NCBI GenBank assembly: GCA_017499595.2
Contig: CM039001.1
Location: 1,116,001 to 1,180,000 of the forward strand
From: Psilocybe cubensis
Lineage: Eukaryota
Reading direction: 5' to 3'
DNA: 64,000 nucleotides
Positions within the stretch are counted from its first letter, which is position 1; each line of letters begins with the position of its first letter. The translations under genes were made by a program, and so were the position numbers. Below the pieces are notes generated by a model that was not told the origin of the DNA, made no database searches, and saw only the letters and a program-made list of their open reading frames with translations. This document shows positions 26,874 through 39,043 of the stretch, piece by piece.

Positions 26874-28430
26874 ATGGCTCATCGTTATGCGTCGGTGCCA
26901 AACCCCGGTCCTGACCACGAGGTGACTCAGCGGAGGAGGGAGGATGAGATGCAGGCTGCCTTCGACTACTCAGACGACGAAGACGATGACCACAACTCCT
27001 CAGAGGCCCAACCTTTAAACCCTACACCCACCTCTCCTACTAGAACCCACCCACCACCTGCTCAATCTTCACCTGGGACCTACAATTTTGAATCAGTCGA
27101 TTACGACTATCCTCCCCCAGGATCGCCCCCACCACCCTCTGCCGTCGCACTTCCAAATAATTATGGAAACTCCAACGGCTTTATCCCGACTTTCGACGTA
27201 CCGCAGAACCGCGGATCCAGCCGTATGTGGTTCCGACGAGCAGCATCATCAATTCTTCCGGCTTCAGTCCTTACTAGGATTGGAGTACTGCCGCAGCGAC
27301 CATCAGGCCCAGTGGGCGGAGGAACAAACAACGACGGGGTTTTTGCTAATGTAACGGCGAAGCCGACCGCGCCTGTTAGAGTGCAAGATGGTATGTGGGC
27401 ACATATCTATGGTCTGCTTACCATTTCTAACAAATAGCATAGGGGATGATATACACATTGTCCCTGAGGACACAATTCGTGAAGCGCCACCGTCGTATGC
27501 GTCTGCGCAGGCAGACGCCGTCCCACCATATTGGGAGACGACCATACATGCACCCTTTGCCCCAGATTCTGTTGGAGACATGATCATCGATTCGTTACCA
27601 ACTGGCTCTTTGTTCTCGTTTTGCTGGAATCTCCTTGTCTCTATCTCGTTCCAATTTGTTGGCTTCCTGTTGACATATCTACTGCATACCAGCCACGCAG
27701 CTCGACTGGGATCAAGGGCAGGTCTTGGTGTTACTTTGATCCAGTACGGCTTCGCACTGCGCACTCGGCTTGATCAGAATTCAGAGGTCAACACCAATAA
27801 CGATTGGAATTATTGGAATCCAGAATCAACATCTGGCACTGGAACGATTGATTCATCCTCCACCTCTTCAATAGGCAACTTCACTTGGTCATCACCGAAT
27901 GCCAACATTACCGATGAACAGACAAGTGCAATTGTTGCTGATGCCACCACAGAGTGGCTGTCGTTCTTTTTGATGACAGTTGGTAAGCAAAATCTTGTTC
28001 ATCATTTGATTGCCCTTATTCAGATGATATTCTAGGCTGGTTTGTACTATTAACATCATTGCTCGGTTTTTGGAGAGTCAAACGCTGGGAACGAGGTATT
28101 CTCGCCTCTCGACGTGAAAATCAGCCACCTGCGCCTCGGAATGGTCCAGCGATTGGCATAGTCTCTCACCTGGAATCGTCATTTGGGCTGAGAGGTGTCT
28201 CACGCTCAGACTTTTTCCGTCAGGGCTTCGGACTTGGCCCGAGACGGCCTGACGCCGATGAGACGATCCGCGCTGCAGAGGAGGGAGATGCACCACACAG
28301 TGCCGAAGCACAAGAGACTGACCCAATGCTTACACTAGACCCAGCTGATCCTAACAGTCGTGCAGTCATTGAAGCATATGCCAATGAGCAGCGGCTACAA
28401 CGCGATTTGCGTGAAGCGGGATTGCTGTAA
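26874..28430 (+). CDS. BSD2: Bsd2/NDFIP-like Rsp5 adaptor (DUF2370)
   Basis: NDGVFANVTAKP, PPSY PY motif, AVPPYWETT, ISFQFVGFLLTYLLHTSHAARLGSRAGLGVTLIQYG; TATATAAA at 26681. Confidence 0.9.
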
Positions 28431-28732
28431 CAAATATTTTCACGGACACTTTCATCATGATGCTACTATCTTTGAGGATTGTTTACCACGAACCGTTGTT
28501 TGTATCATTATCTATAGTCGCGTATAAGTATACCATTAGCTGGGTCGAAATAACAAGCGTTTTGGCTCCACTCAAGGTTGGCCAGGAACGTGTAAACATT
28601 GCCATTTGCGTTTTCTTTGCCGTATGAAATTATCCTGCCAGCGTGATCATTACACTTATGTATATACTAATCGTTTACCTGATGGCGCATTTAGCCGCTC
28701 CAATCTCTTCCAGTCTCTTCCCCGCTGCTATC

Positions 28733-29347
28733 ATGTCTTTGAAGATACGACAAGCGACTGAGAAGGATGCCCCTTTTCTATCTCAGATATGTTTACGTAC
28801 CGGCGACGCCGGCAAGACCGCAGAGCATCTTCATGACTTCGGGGAGCTTCCAGGATTGGTCTACGCTGTGCCTTATGTCAAGCTGCCCACGACATGGGGT
28901 TTCGTGTTGGAGCGTGAAGGCTCAAATGAAGTAGTCGGATACATTTTAGGGTCTACGGATACTCGTGCCTACGAGAAATACGCATCAGAGCACTGTTGGC
29001 CAGCTCTCGCAGAAAAATATTCGCCTGAGAAGATGGTCAAACCGGCCGATATACATTACGCAAAGCTACTCCACAATATGCATACAGCGCCAGACGCCAA
29101 TATAGCTTTCTCACCTGCCCACTTACACATTGACATTTTGGAGGATTACCAAAAGCAGGGATGGGGTAGGAAACTTATCGCTACCGCTGTGCGTTTTTTG
29201 GCGGAACAGGGTCTGGAAGGAGTTTGGTTGGGTTTGGATCCACGAAATGAGGGCGCTAGAAAATTTTATCAGAGGCTTCGCTTCGTGAACATTGAAGGAG
29301 CGCCAGATGCCAACCAGATGGGGCTCAGGTTCGTAGATTTCGAGTGA
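28733..29347 (+). CDS. GNAT-family acetyltransferase, intronless
   Basis: ICLRTGDAG, GYILG, PAHLHIDIL, acetyl-CoA motif QKQGWGR, N..A..FY. Confidence 0.85.
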   Translation: MSLKIRQATEKDAPFLSQICLRTGDAGKTAEHLHDFGELPGLVYAVPYVKLPTTWGFVLEREGSNEVVGYILGSTDTRAYEKYASEHCWPALAEKYSPEKMVKPADIHYAKLLHNMHTAPDANIAFSPAHLHIDILEDYQKQGWGRKLIATAVRFLAEQGLEGVWLGLDPRNEGARKFYQRLRFVNIEGAPDANQMGLRFVDFE

Positions 29348-29678
29348 CAAAAAGAGAATACTTTTTCTGCTCACGGTTCGCCTACAATTGTCGTGTTATC
29401 GAAGCGTTCTGAAACGGTATTCAATTTAAATGTTCCAAGGTACATATTCCGAGCTAACATGAACGTTTGCGTGATTTTTCCAGCTGGGGTCGTATCGCAA
29501 TACATATTGATTCAGGACGAGTGATTAAACTCGTTTTAGCAATGACTTTCTTCCAACAGTTTGCACTAGGTTCGCACCGTACCCGACGTTTCACCTTTCG
29601 GGTAAGACTAAAGCACGTAGCAACACACTAATGTTGTGTCATTATTGCTTGAAACCCATCCGCGCGAAGCCGCTCACG

Positions 29679-29708
29679 ATATACCAACATATACCAGCAT
29701 ATACCCCA
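29679..29708 (+). repeat. Imperfect 10-bp tandem repeat x3 (ATATACCAAC/ATATACCAGC/ATATACCCCA)
   Basis: Direct reading; lies in the longest intergenic region of the window. Confidence 0.7.
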
Positions 29709-30725
29709 ATTCTTATGTACGATAGTTGACAAGCAATCCCATGCCAGTGGAGGCAAACCTGATATCAAAGTTGGACAGGATGGCTCGCAAACTAACTATA
29801 TATGTTTGACAAGGTTTACGCTATCAATCGCGGCGGACAGGCGAACGTGGAATAGACATCCATGCAGCAGCCGCAGGAATACTAGGTCCCGTAGCAGGAC
29901 TTGACGAAAATGAATTTCGCACCTGCGCCAAAGATGCCCGAGAGAATGCCAGGAATAACCGAATTCTGATTAAGTTTGCGAGGGTATGACGAGTCGGGAG
30001 GAAACTTTGGGAGCGTTGAGTTAGCCATGCATAACAGGACGGAAATCGACACCGTATCATGTTAATTTGTTCCAGTGAGTTTACCATAGTATCATATCGC
30101 CATAATATCTCATCAATGCTTTCGAACTCTTTGCTGCCTCTCCCATGATAATTTTCAAGAAGATCCTACGTAATAACAGAATGATCCCCGTCATCTCATG
30201 GGCCGTCATCATTCAGGGCTCGACCGTCGCCGATTCAAAAGCTGGTTCAAAATACTAGTACTACTGACGGGGGTCAACTACTATGTAAGACTCAAATCGC
30301 GACGATGATGCCCCAACACCTGCTCGATCTCAATCAGTGGGCTTCAGTTAAACCGCGAAAGAGGATTCTAGGGTGAGATTGGTGGACAATAAGAAGTACG
30401 ATGTAAATGAATGAGAGATCACGAGTGGATAAGTCCCTCGCAACAATAGAATATGGGGTTCACCGGCCTAGACTTGGTTCAAAACCAAAAGGATTCAGTG
30501 TCACGTAACATTCATTCGCTTATAGCTGCACATATATGTAACCCTTATGGTATACAAACCTTTGATCGGAGCGACCTTCAACTGGAGAAGAAACCATTTC
30601 CGTTGGCAGCTTCTTTCGCTTGTTTTTTCGTCCCTTCATGACAGAACCGTTTAAAGTCTGAAGGATCGGACCAGGAGGTGTTTTTTTCATACATTTCCAC
30701 ACCCTCTGGCACTCGATTCTGGCAA

Positions 30726-32343
30726 ATGGGTGACTATGATAAAATCATTGGTATGTTCAAGTTGACTGTTCTTGCGAAGTTGGCTCTTCCACTAACTGTG
30801 GTTGTTACGTTGCTAGGTGTCCTACTCATAGGCCTGTTCTGTATGGGTGTCGAACTTTAGGTTTCTTGCATGATGCTTACTTTAGGCTAGTCAATACGTA
30901 TCTTTACGGCCTTGTCACATACCAGTTCATAGTATATCACAACACAAGTATGTTCCATGAGTTTATCTTGATACAATTTCTGCCTACTGATCATCATCAA
31001 TAGAGTTTAACGATAGGCTATGGATCAGGTATACATGACGCACTCGTTCTATAATTTTTGTATATTCAATCCCCATTACCAAGGGCGGTCGTTGGAGGTC
31101 TCTTCGTGTTGGATACGGTACATAGTATAGTGTAAGTGCGATTGGTTATCCAGTCGGTAATGCTTCACCGGCTTAACATTATTTGCAGAGCCGTTTACGC
31201 CGGTTGGGACATGTGGTAATGGCCTCTGCCATATCTGTATATCTCTCCATATCTTGTCTCATTTCATGTTCAGCGTCACAAACTACAACAATCCGGCTAG
31301 TTTGCTATGTGCGTTCTGTATGTTATGTTTCTATGGGTATCCTAATCTCATCGAACCATCAGTTGTTCCCTGGACTATTCCTTTTACAGCGGTAGCCACA
31401 TCGATTGCAGCCTTTGTTACCCAAGGATTCCTAGGCCATCGGTATGTAAAGTTATAGCCTTAAACTGGTCTTATCATTTCTGATACCAAGAAAAAACTCA
31501 GCGTTTACATTCTGACCAAGAGCAAGTACCTATTAGCATTTATTTGGGCGCTGAGCTCCATTGGCCTCATTTTTGGATTCTACTCTGGAATCTATTCTGG
31601 GATTCTGGGAGTGTACGTTTATAGTAAATTCAGTGCGGGGGGAACTATCAGATTAAAGCTTTGTTATCAGAGTCAGCAAATTTGGCCCATTGACCCCTTT
31701 TGTCACGCTTTGGCTAGCCTCTCAGACCGCTGCAGATCTTACTATCACAGGTACGTTGTCCTTCAGTGTGTGTTTGGTGTTTGAAATTAAAGTGGTATCA
31801 TTACTCTAGGTGTTCTCATATATGTGCTAAGTCGCTCCCGCACAGGATTTAGAAGAACCGACACAATTATTAGACGTCTAATGAGAGGCGCCATACAAAC
31901 AGGACTCTTTGTTTCCATATTTGCTCTTGGGGATCTGTTCAGCTTCTTGCTTCTTCGTAAAACAACTAATCTATATGCAATGTTTGCATATCCGATTGGA
32001 CGCATCTATACAAACGTGGGTTTCGTATTTGTCTGTCCAACAAAACTTAGCTAATAATGCAACATCAACCCTAGACACTTCTCGACACCCTGAATGCGCG
32101 GACATCGCTGAAATCAACGAACAACTCCAATGCAGAGACCGCTGATGTAAACCATGCATTTTCTTTTCTAATCTTGTTCATATCTGAGCATACCTTCAGA
32201 CATACAGGCTACAGAATCACTCCACGATTCCGGGACATGCAACGTATTCAGTCAATGTTCAAAAGGAAGTTATTACCGATCTTCCAGACCGCGAACATGA
32301 TTATGATGCCAAGTATCGCCCTGATGCCAAGTACACTGTATGA
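30726..32343 (+). CDS. Multi-pass (~7TM) membrane protein, DUF6534-like, 13 exons
   Basis: Manual splicing gives MGDYDKIIGVLLIGLFFNTYLYG...LDTVHS...QGFLGHRVY...WLASQTAADLTIT...RTGFRRTDTIIRRLMRGAIQTG...RIYTNTLLDTLNAR; 3' end less certain. Confidence 0.78.
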
Positions 32344-32597
32344 TAATCGCTGTTTAGTCCGATATCCGATGTGTATGTAGACAGGACGTAGTCTAGATGT
32401 CCTTGTAAGCTTGGATCCATGGCTTTTGTGCCTGTGGATACGGTATTGTTAATTTATACCTTATTTTTAGCTGCGCGGAACATTGTTATAGTTTAGGCAA
32501 CTGTCTTTCCATTTTTGGGACTACCACGTGCTGGGTGGGCTGACATTTCCCTCTGATCCTCTGATCTTGCTATACACTTTGCTTTACTTGTTGACTC

Positions 32598-34991
32598 ATG
32601 CCCTCATCACCCATGACATCTGCTGAAGCTGACAACAGCGAATCCTCTCATAATGAGCCACGCCGACTTGACCGGCCATTGGCGCCACGCAGAGTAAGCC
32701 TTGTTCCCCTTGGCGCCGGTGGGGGGAGTACTAGTACCATCAATGGCCGTACCGCTCGACCTCGCTCGCAAGCGGAAGGCGATGATATATACAGAAAATA
32801 TTCTCTCTCCTCATACCAGCATCCATACGATATTAGTCCCCCAACCAACGTTCATACTGGGTCGTCTGAACCATCCGAACCTCCTAGTTTCGATTTGTTT
32901 TCTTTCCATAATCGCCCTTCTGCTCGGCCTTCTGACGACACAGTGAGCCCAGAGACTCCTTGGCCTCATTCCGGACCGAAGAGCAATACCCAGGGTATGC
33001 TGTCAAGTATGATGAATTTCTATACTATGGCCAAATCGAGCAGGGCACACGACGACAACGCCATGCGATCGACATTCTCAGACTCTGACTACGAGGATAG
33101 ACCTGGACTCCGACGGGACGACTCTGAATATTCGCAGTGCTCAATTGGCTCTGATATTCTCGAACCTGATGATCCTAGAGTAACTGGCAAAAAATTATCT
33201 CAGATTCACGACCAAGGCGATCTTGAGAAGAATACTTTGCGCCAAATGGACTATAAAACTCGGCGCAAGCACATTCAGCGCATTCGCATCGAGTTCAATG
33301 TATCTTGTACGTCGAATTGACAATGTTCAATCCGAGAGACTCATCGGGCTACTTCTAGCCATGAAAAACAGGCATGAATTCTTGCTGAAGCTTGCTCGGG
33401 CATTGATGACTTTTGGGGCGCCTTCACACAGGATCGAGTCCCAGCTGATCGCAGCTGCCAGAATCTTGGAGGTTGAAGCAGAATTTATTCATTTACCTGG
33501 TATCATCATTTCTTCGTTTGGTGATCAGGACCTTGGGTGTTCTGAGACTCATTTTGTGAAATGCGGTGGAAGGCTCTCCCTTGGGGCTCTTCACAAAGTT
33601 CACCTGATATATCGCTCTGTGGTACATGACGAGATAAGTGCAAAGCAGGCTACTGAACAATTAGAGGCACTGTTGTCCGCCCCGCCACCGTATTCCAAGG
33701 TCTTTCGTTGCTTCCTAGCTTTTTGTCTCGCGGCGTTGATCTGCCCACTTGCCTTTGGGGGATCTTTCGTTGACATGTGGATAGCAGGTTTGGCAGCCTT
33801 TTTTCTGTCCTATTTACAGCTTCAGGTAGCACAGAAAAGTGCATTGTATGCAAATGTATTTGAGTGAGTAAAGCCTCTATGTTTAAAACATCGCTTTTCT
33901 AATTTGCTCATACATAGGATTACAATATCGATTATCGTCTCATTCATTGCAAGAGGGCTCAGCAGCATCCGAAGCCAGATATTCTGCTATACCGCTATAT
34001 CTTCCTCTGGCATCATTGGTATTTTGCCTGGTTACCTTATATGTGAGTGTCTTTTAGGAGTGTTCGACAGCTGTTTTTTGACATCCTGTAGTGAGCAGTT
34101 CTCTTGAGCTGGCTTCAAAGAACATCGTATGTGGGAGCGTCAAAATGGTATACGCGTTGATATACACGCTGTTTCTTGTGGGTCTCTTTTTGAATTAGTC
34201 TAAATGTTTAACTCATTGGACGTCAACATAGGGCTTCGGTTTACAAATAGGAAATGATTTTTACCTCTTGTTCGATCCCACTGCTCGTCGCCATCTTGAT
34301 GAACTTGCCGCAAATCTTAGCTCCACTGTTGTGTTGACCGGATCCTGGCTCTCCGACAATATCACTGACGGTTCTGCGATTCCTCTGAACGGAACTTGGA
34401 CGTTCTCCCATACGGTTATGCCCCAAGAACAGGACATTTATGAAGGATGCTATCGACCGAAACGATTCCCTTGGTACCTTCAACCATTTCCATTTTGGAC
34501 GTCATTTCTCATCGTCCCTTTGTTTTCTACAATCTCTTCCCTTGCCAACTTGCAGCCATTATGGAGTAAGCAGCTGCCTGTAATGGTTATTATATCTTGT
34601 TGCTCTTATGCGTCCAATAAGATTGCCAACCATTATATTTTTAATCGTTCTGACGTTGTGTCAGCTATTGGCGCATTCACGGTGGGGCTGCTCGGCAACA
34701 TATATTCTCGTCGAATGGGGGGAACTGCCTTCACGTCCATGGTAACAGGAGTCCTTTTTCTAGTTCCAGTAAGTCATTCTGTGAACTGACCATAATCACC
34801 GCTCAATCCCGAGTACGTGCTTGTAGTCGGGATTGTCCCAAGCAGGAGGCATCACTGCCAATGGAAACGGGATCGACATTGGGGGGGCCATGATTGCTGT
34901 GACAATTGGGATCACTGTAGGACTTTTCATGAGCCAGGCATTGGTGTACACCTTTGGATCCCGGAAAAACGCTGCAGTCTTCTCTTTCTAA
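32598..34991 (+). CDS. PRM10: Pheromone-regulated membrane protein 10 / ThrE-like (DUF1212)
   Basis: FLLKLARALMTFGAPSHRIESQL, ETHFVK, LELASKNIVCGSVKMVYALIYTLFL, GVLFLVPSGL, ITVGLF. Confidence 0.88.
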
Positions 34992-35120
34992 ATTTACTAC
35001 TGTCGCTGTTTAACTCCTTTCGATTTGACATTGTCCTCTTTGTCGGACCAAATCCCACATCCTGAAACTGAAAGGCTTTAGTCAAATATAAAATTGCATA
35101 CTCTGTACATAGAAACATTT

Positions 35121-37198
35121 CTAGAACATCACAGCAGGAGAGTTTTCGATACCGTCTATTGATACTTTGTGTCCAACAAGTGTTCGTATGTTGTTGATGC
35201 CATAACTATAAAAATTGTTAGGGAAGCGTAGCCATGCTGAACGCTATCCTAGTACGTACCGAATCATAGTCGGCCGTTCGAGACTGAGACCCCACCCATG
35301 CACCCTTACGTCTTTAGGGAAGCCCATAGGCTCCAGCATTTCAGGACGGAACATGCCACTGTTGCCTACTTCTACCCATCTATCTAGCATGGGATGAAAA
35401 GCAAATATTTCGAGGGAAGGCTTGGAAAAAAGTGCTTAGTCAAAGGATCGGGAAAAGGCCAGTCGATAATAACCTTACCTCTGTATATGGATTGTATGCA
35501 GGCTTGAAGCGCACTTTTTCTATACCCATTTTGCGGAAGAAGACCCGCATGAAACCTTTAAACAAGTAAGCAGAACCATTATTTAGATATAAATGATAGG
35601 AAAAGCACCAATCAAGTCAGCTAGTGTCAAATTGCGATCAGCGACAACACCCTCGACTTGATGGAATTCAGCCAAGTGCGTAGCATCCATGGTTTCGTTT
35701 CTGAAGACCCTGTCTATACTGAATAACTTGGCAGGTCGGAAGCCATCGTCGGTCTTGCTAGAACCGGTACCTCCTTCTGTTGAGCCAACGCCATGAGCGA
35801 ATTCTGCACTGTCGTCTTCCGTTTCCTCTCCTCTGCATTTAGCGGCAAGTTTGTAGAGCATGTGAGCCGATGAGGCAGTAGTGTGCGTTCGTAGAAGCAG
35901 CTTGCTGGACTCATCGTGTGACCAAGGGGCCCTGTACCCTGCCGATCCATATCCTCCAAATTCATGAGTAGCAGAAACACGTTTGTAATATTCTTGATTG
36001 GGAGGAAGCGATTCCTTAGGATCTAACATGTTGAATATTAAGTATATGACTATGGTGATGTTTTGTAAATCTTCTTACCAGAAATGTAGAATGTGTCCTG
36101 CAGATCTCTCGCAGGATGTTGTTGGGGTACGAACAAAGCATCAAAGCACCAGAAACCGGATTCAACGAATGATGAAGTCGGCATTTCCGCAAAACTAGTA
36201 TTTATCAGTTCTGACACCATAAAAGGTGAAGGTGGCTTACCCCATCTCCAGGAAAATATTTCTTATTTCTTCTCGAACTTTGAGGAGAGGGTGCAAAGCT
36301 CCTCCCGATGTAGGGATACCTTCAGCCTCAAAATTGTATTTTTTGTAGGTAGATATTTTCCAAGATCCACTGAAGTGAAATGATTCATCAATATACGATG
36401 ATAACTGGCACAGGCGGTGTTGTGCCTTACGATGTTAGCATGTCAACAGTTAAGTCTGTCTCGGGTTTTGCAGTAGATGTGCTGAATTGAGGTCCCTTTT
36501 CAACGGAGAACCACTGCCCCTTTCTAGATCGAAAGTAAGAATCGACACTGAACTAGTGAGTGATACATACTTTTGGGAGACGAGTTTACGTTTACGCAAG
36601 TCAGCCAGGATCTTTTCACCCGCTTTCAGCGTTCCTGTGGACGCAATTTCTTGCAGGTCAAGTTGGGTCGTATCTTTGATCTCAGACACCTGGACGATCA
36701 TAGGGTCAACGAGGATTCAACGATGACAATAGTTGAACACACTATTTTCACCAATCCGTCTCCCTCTTTTCCAATCCAACCGTTTTTGAAGGCTCGGCCC
36801 TGTCCCACTTTTGCAGTTTCTTCGCCTATCTCTTTTTTAAGCTGAGCTGGTGTCATGGGTGCTCCAGATCCTTTGACTGGAAGAACGTTCCAAACCCTTG
36901 CTTCGTGTGAGCCGTCCTTCAAAATCAAGGCTCCTTCAGGCGTAGGGACATGAGTCAAGACTTCGTTTGTTTCATATTTAATCATCTATAGCAGTTTAGT
37001 AGATTATAGGCTATGAAATATGAATGCAGGGCTTACTTCACGACTCAGAAGTGAATTGAGAGCTCCTAGGATAACAATTTGATCCTCACTTGACGTCGCC
37101 GGGGTCGATTGACCAGGTATAGTGAGAGATCGCGTGTCCTTGATAGACGACTGCGATTCCAGAGTATCCAATATGAGTTTCTGTAGCGCTTCCGACAT
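35121..37198 (-). CDS. FRS2: Cytosolic phenylalanyl-tRNA synthetase alpha subunit
   Basis: [100 protein letters not shown]. Confidence 0.96.
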
Positions 37199-37423
37199 TG
37201 TAGATCCCGATGTCGTATACTTTGTGGTACTGAACTTTGTTAGAACTATCTTTTGTGATCGCGACGCTTGACTCGATAATTACAGATCACGTGGCTTGAC
37301 TAAAACTCCCGAATAGGAACCCCATATGAATTCAAGTCAAGTTACCGACTACCGGTAATTCTCCAGACTGCAACTACTTCAACTTCTCCAGCTCGTTTGG
37401 ACATTCGTATCCTGCCATACCAC

Positions 37424-38929
37424 ATGTCGTCTTTGCCCACCGTGCTTGAGGAAGCATGGAACCATGCACAACCAAGGATATCTCAGATTAGGACTTCGTT
37501 GACCTCAGCGGACTCAGGTCGCCCACGGATCATTCGCGTCGGACAACTTGACGCTGAGCTCCTGGATCAAGAGCTAGCACAGCTGCTTCAGGAGCCCATC
37601 AACAAGACATTATCTCTCATTAACGTATGAGACACATCTTTATTCCAGAACAGCTTTTCAACGCCATCAGTCGTCATTTAGGTCGCGTTTCCAGCTTGAA
37701 TTGAATTTATTGATTCAGTTGACGCTTTATAAACTGTCTGTATGGAATACCGGGGCGACATATGGCGCCAGACTCCAAGATCTTCGATATGTGGTCCAAA
37801 ATATCTCCTCAAGTCGTTTAGCTCGTGCGTGCTTGTCATTGTTGTCTCATTTCTTCTAGTCATTTGATACCTGATATTGACGGTAGCGTCGGGATTGCCT
37901 CGTAAAACACTCTTGTTTCATGGCACACTGACCTTGCTTTTACCATACCTTCATAATCGTTTTCGCTCTCATGCACTTTCCAATGCATGGCCAGATGCAC
38001 CATCTTCCGACTATCGCCGCAAGGTGTGGGACGCACTTTGTTCTGTTGAGTCTATATACGGTTTACTAGGACTCGCCAACTTTGTCGCCTTTCTCTGGGG
38101 TGGAAAGTGAGTATTTCCATGATCATCCATATTTTCTGATCGATACATCGCCTCCCAGATATCGCACATTGGCGGATAGGATTTTACGAATGAACCTTGT
38201 ACCATCCAGAAGACTAGTGAAACGCGATGTCAGCTATGAGTTTATGAATAGACAGATGGTCTGGCACGCATTTACTGTATGTAGTTTTCATTTTATTTGC
38301 TTAATTGGTATTCTCTGATAAAATTCAAGGAATTCCTTCTTTTCTTGCTACCTCTAATCAACGCGAGAACCATCCGTCGACGTGTCTATCGCCTGACATC
38401 CCTCTTAACACCTCTTTATTCGATATCGCCTTTCCGAAGCATACTCCAGCTAAAACCAGTCTCCAACGAAAATTCAAACTCTCCTTTGAAACGTGGCAAA
38501 CTATGGTCAATTCCTCAGGATCAATGTGCTATCTGCTTTGAAAACGCTAGATTCAATTTGAACATTTCGGAGCCCACGAATATGTTTACTTCATTAGCCG
38601 CGTCCACTGATGTCCCGTCAGGCGGGCAATCCAACTCAGAACCGCCTACCTATCCCATATACAATCCTTATCAGACTTCATGTGGGCATATTTATTGCTA
38701 TCATTGTGTAGCAGAACGAATGATACGCACTGCCGATGAAGCGGATGACGAGCTTGGCTGGGAGTGTTTAAGGTGTGGAGAAGAGGTGAAAGAAGTTCAT
38801 CGATACGCGGTCGACGTTATCGAAAGCGAAGTCAGCGAAAGTGATTATGAATTCAGTAGTGATCTAGATATGGGTACAGATTTATCGGGCTCCATGGGAA
38901 GCTATAGCGAATCTGGATTTTCGGAATAA
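37424..38929 (+). CDS. PEX2: Peroxin-2 RING E3 ligase
   Basis: RVGQLDAELLDQEL, GATYGARLQ, YRTLADRIL, VSYEFMNRQMVWHAFTEFLLF, C3HC4 RING CAIC...CGHIYCYHC...CLRC. Confidence 0.93.
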
Positions 38930-39043
38930 TAAAATATACAGAAAGATTGCGATTGAGAGGTTCCTTGAAAAATGAACAAAAAAATTCACATAGTACTGAA
39001 CAATGAATGCCAAAATTTGCAGTGAAGGTGTCGTCCAATAAAT

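Noticed and set aside
30050-30215. ATGATGA C-box-like motif on the minus strand in the long intergenic region
   Set aside because: No downstream CTGA D box or rRNA-complementary guide found
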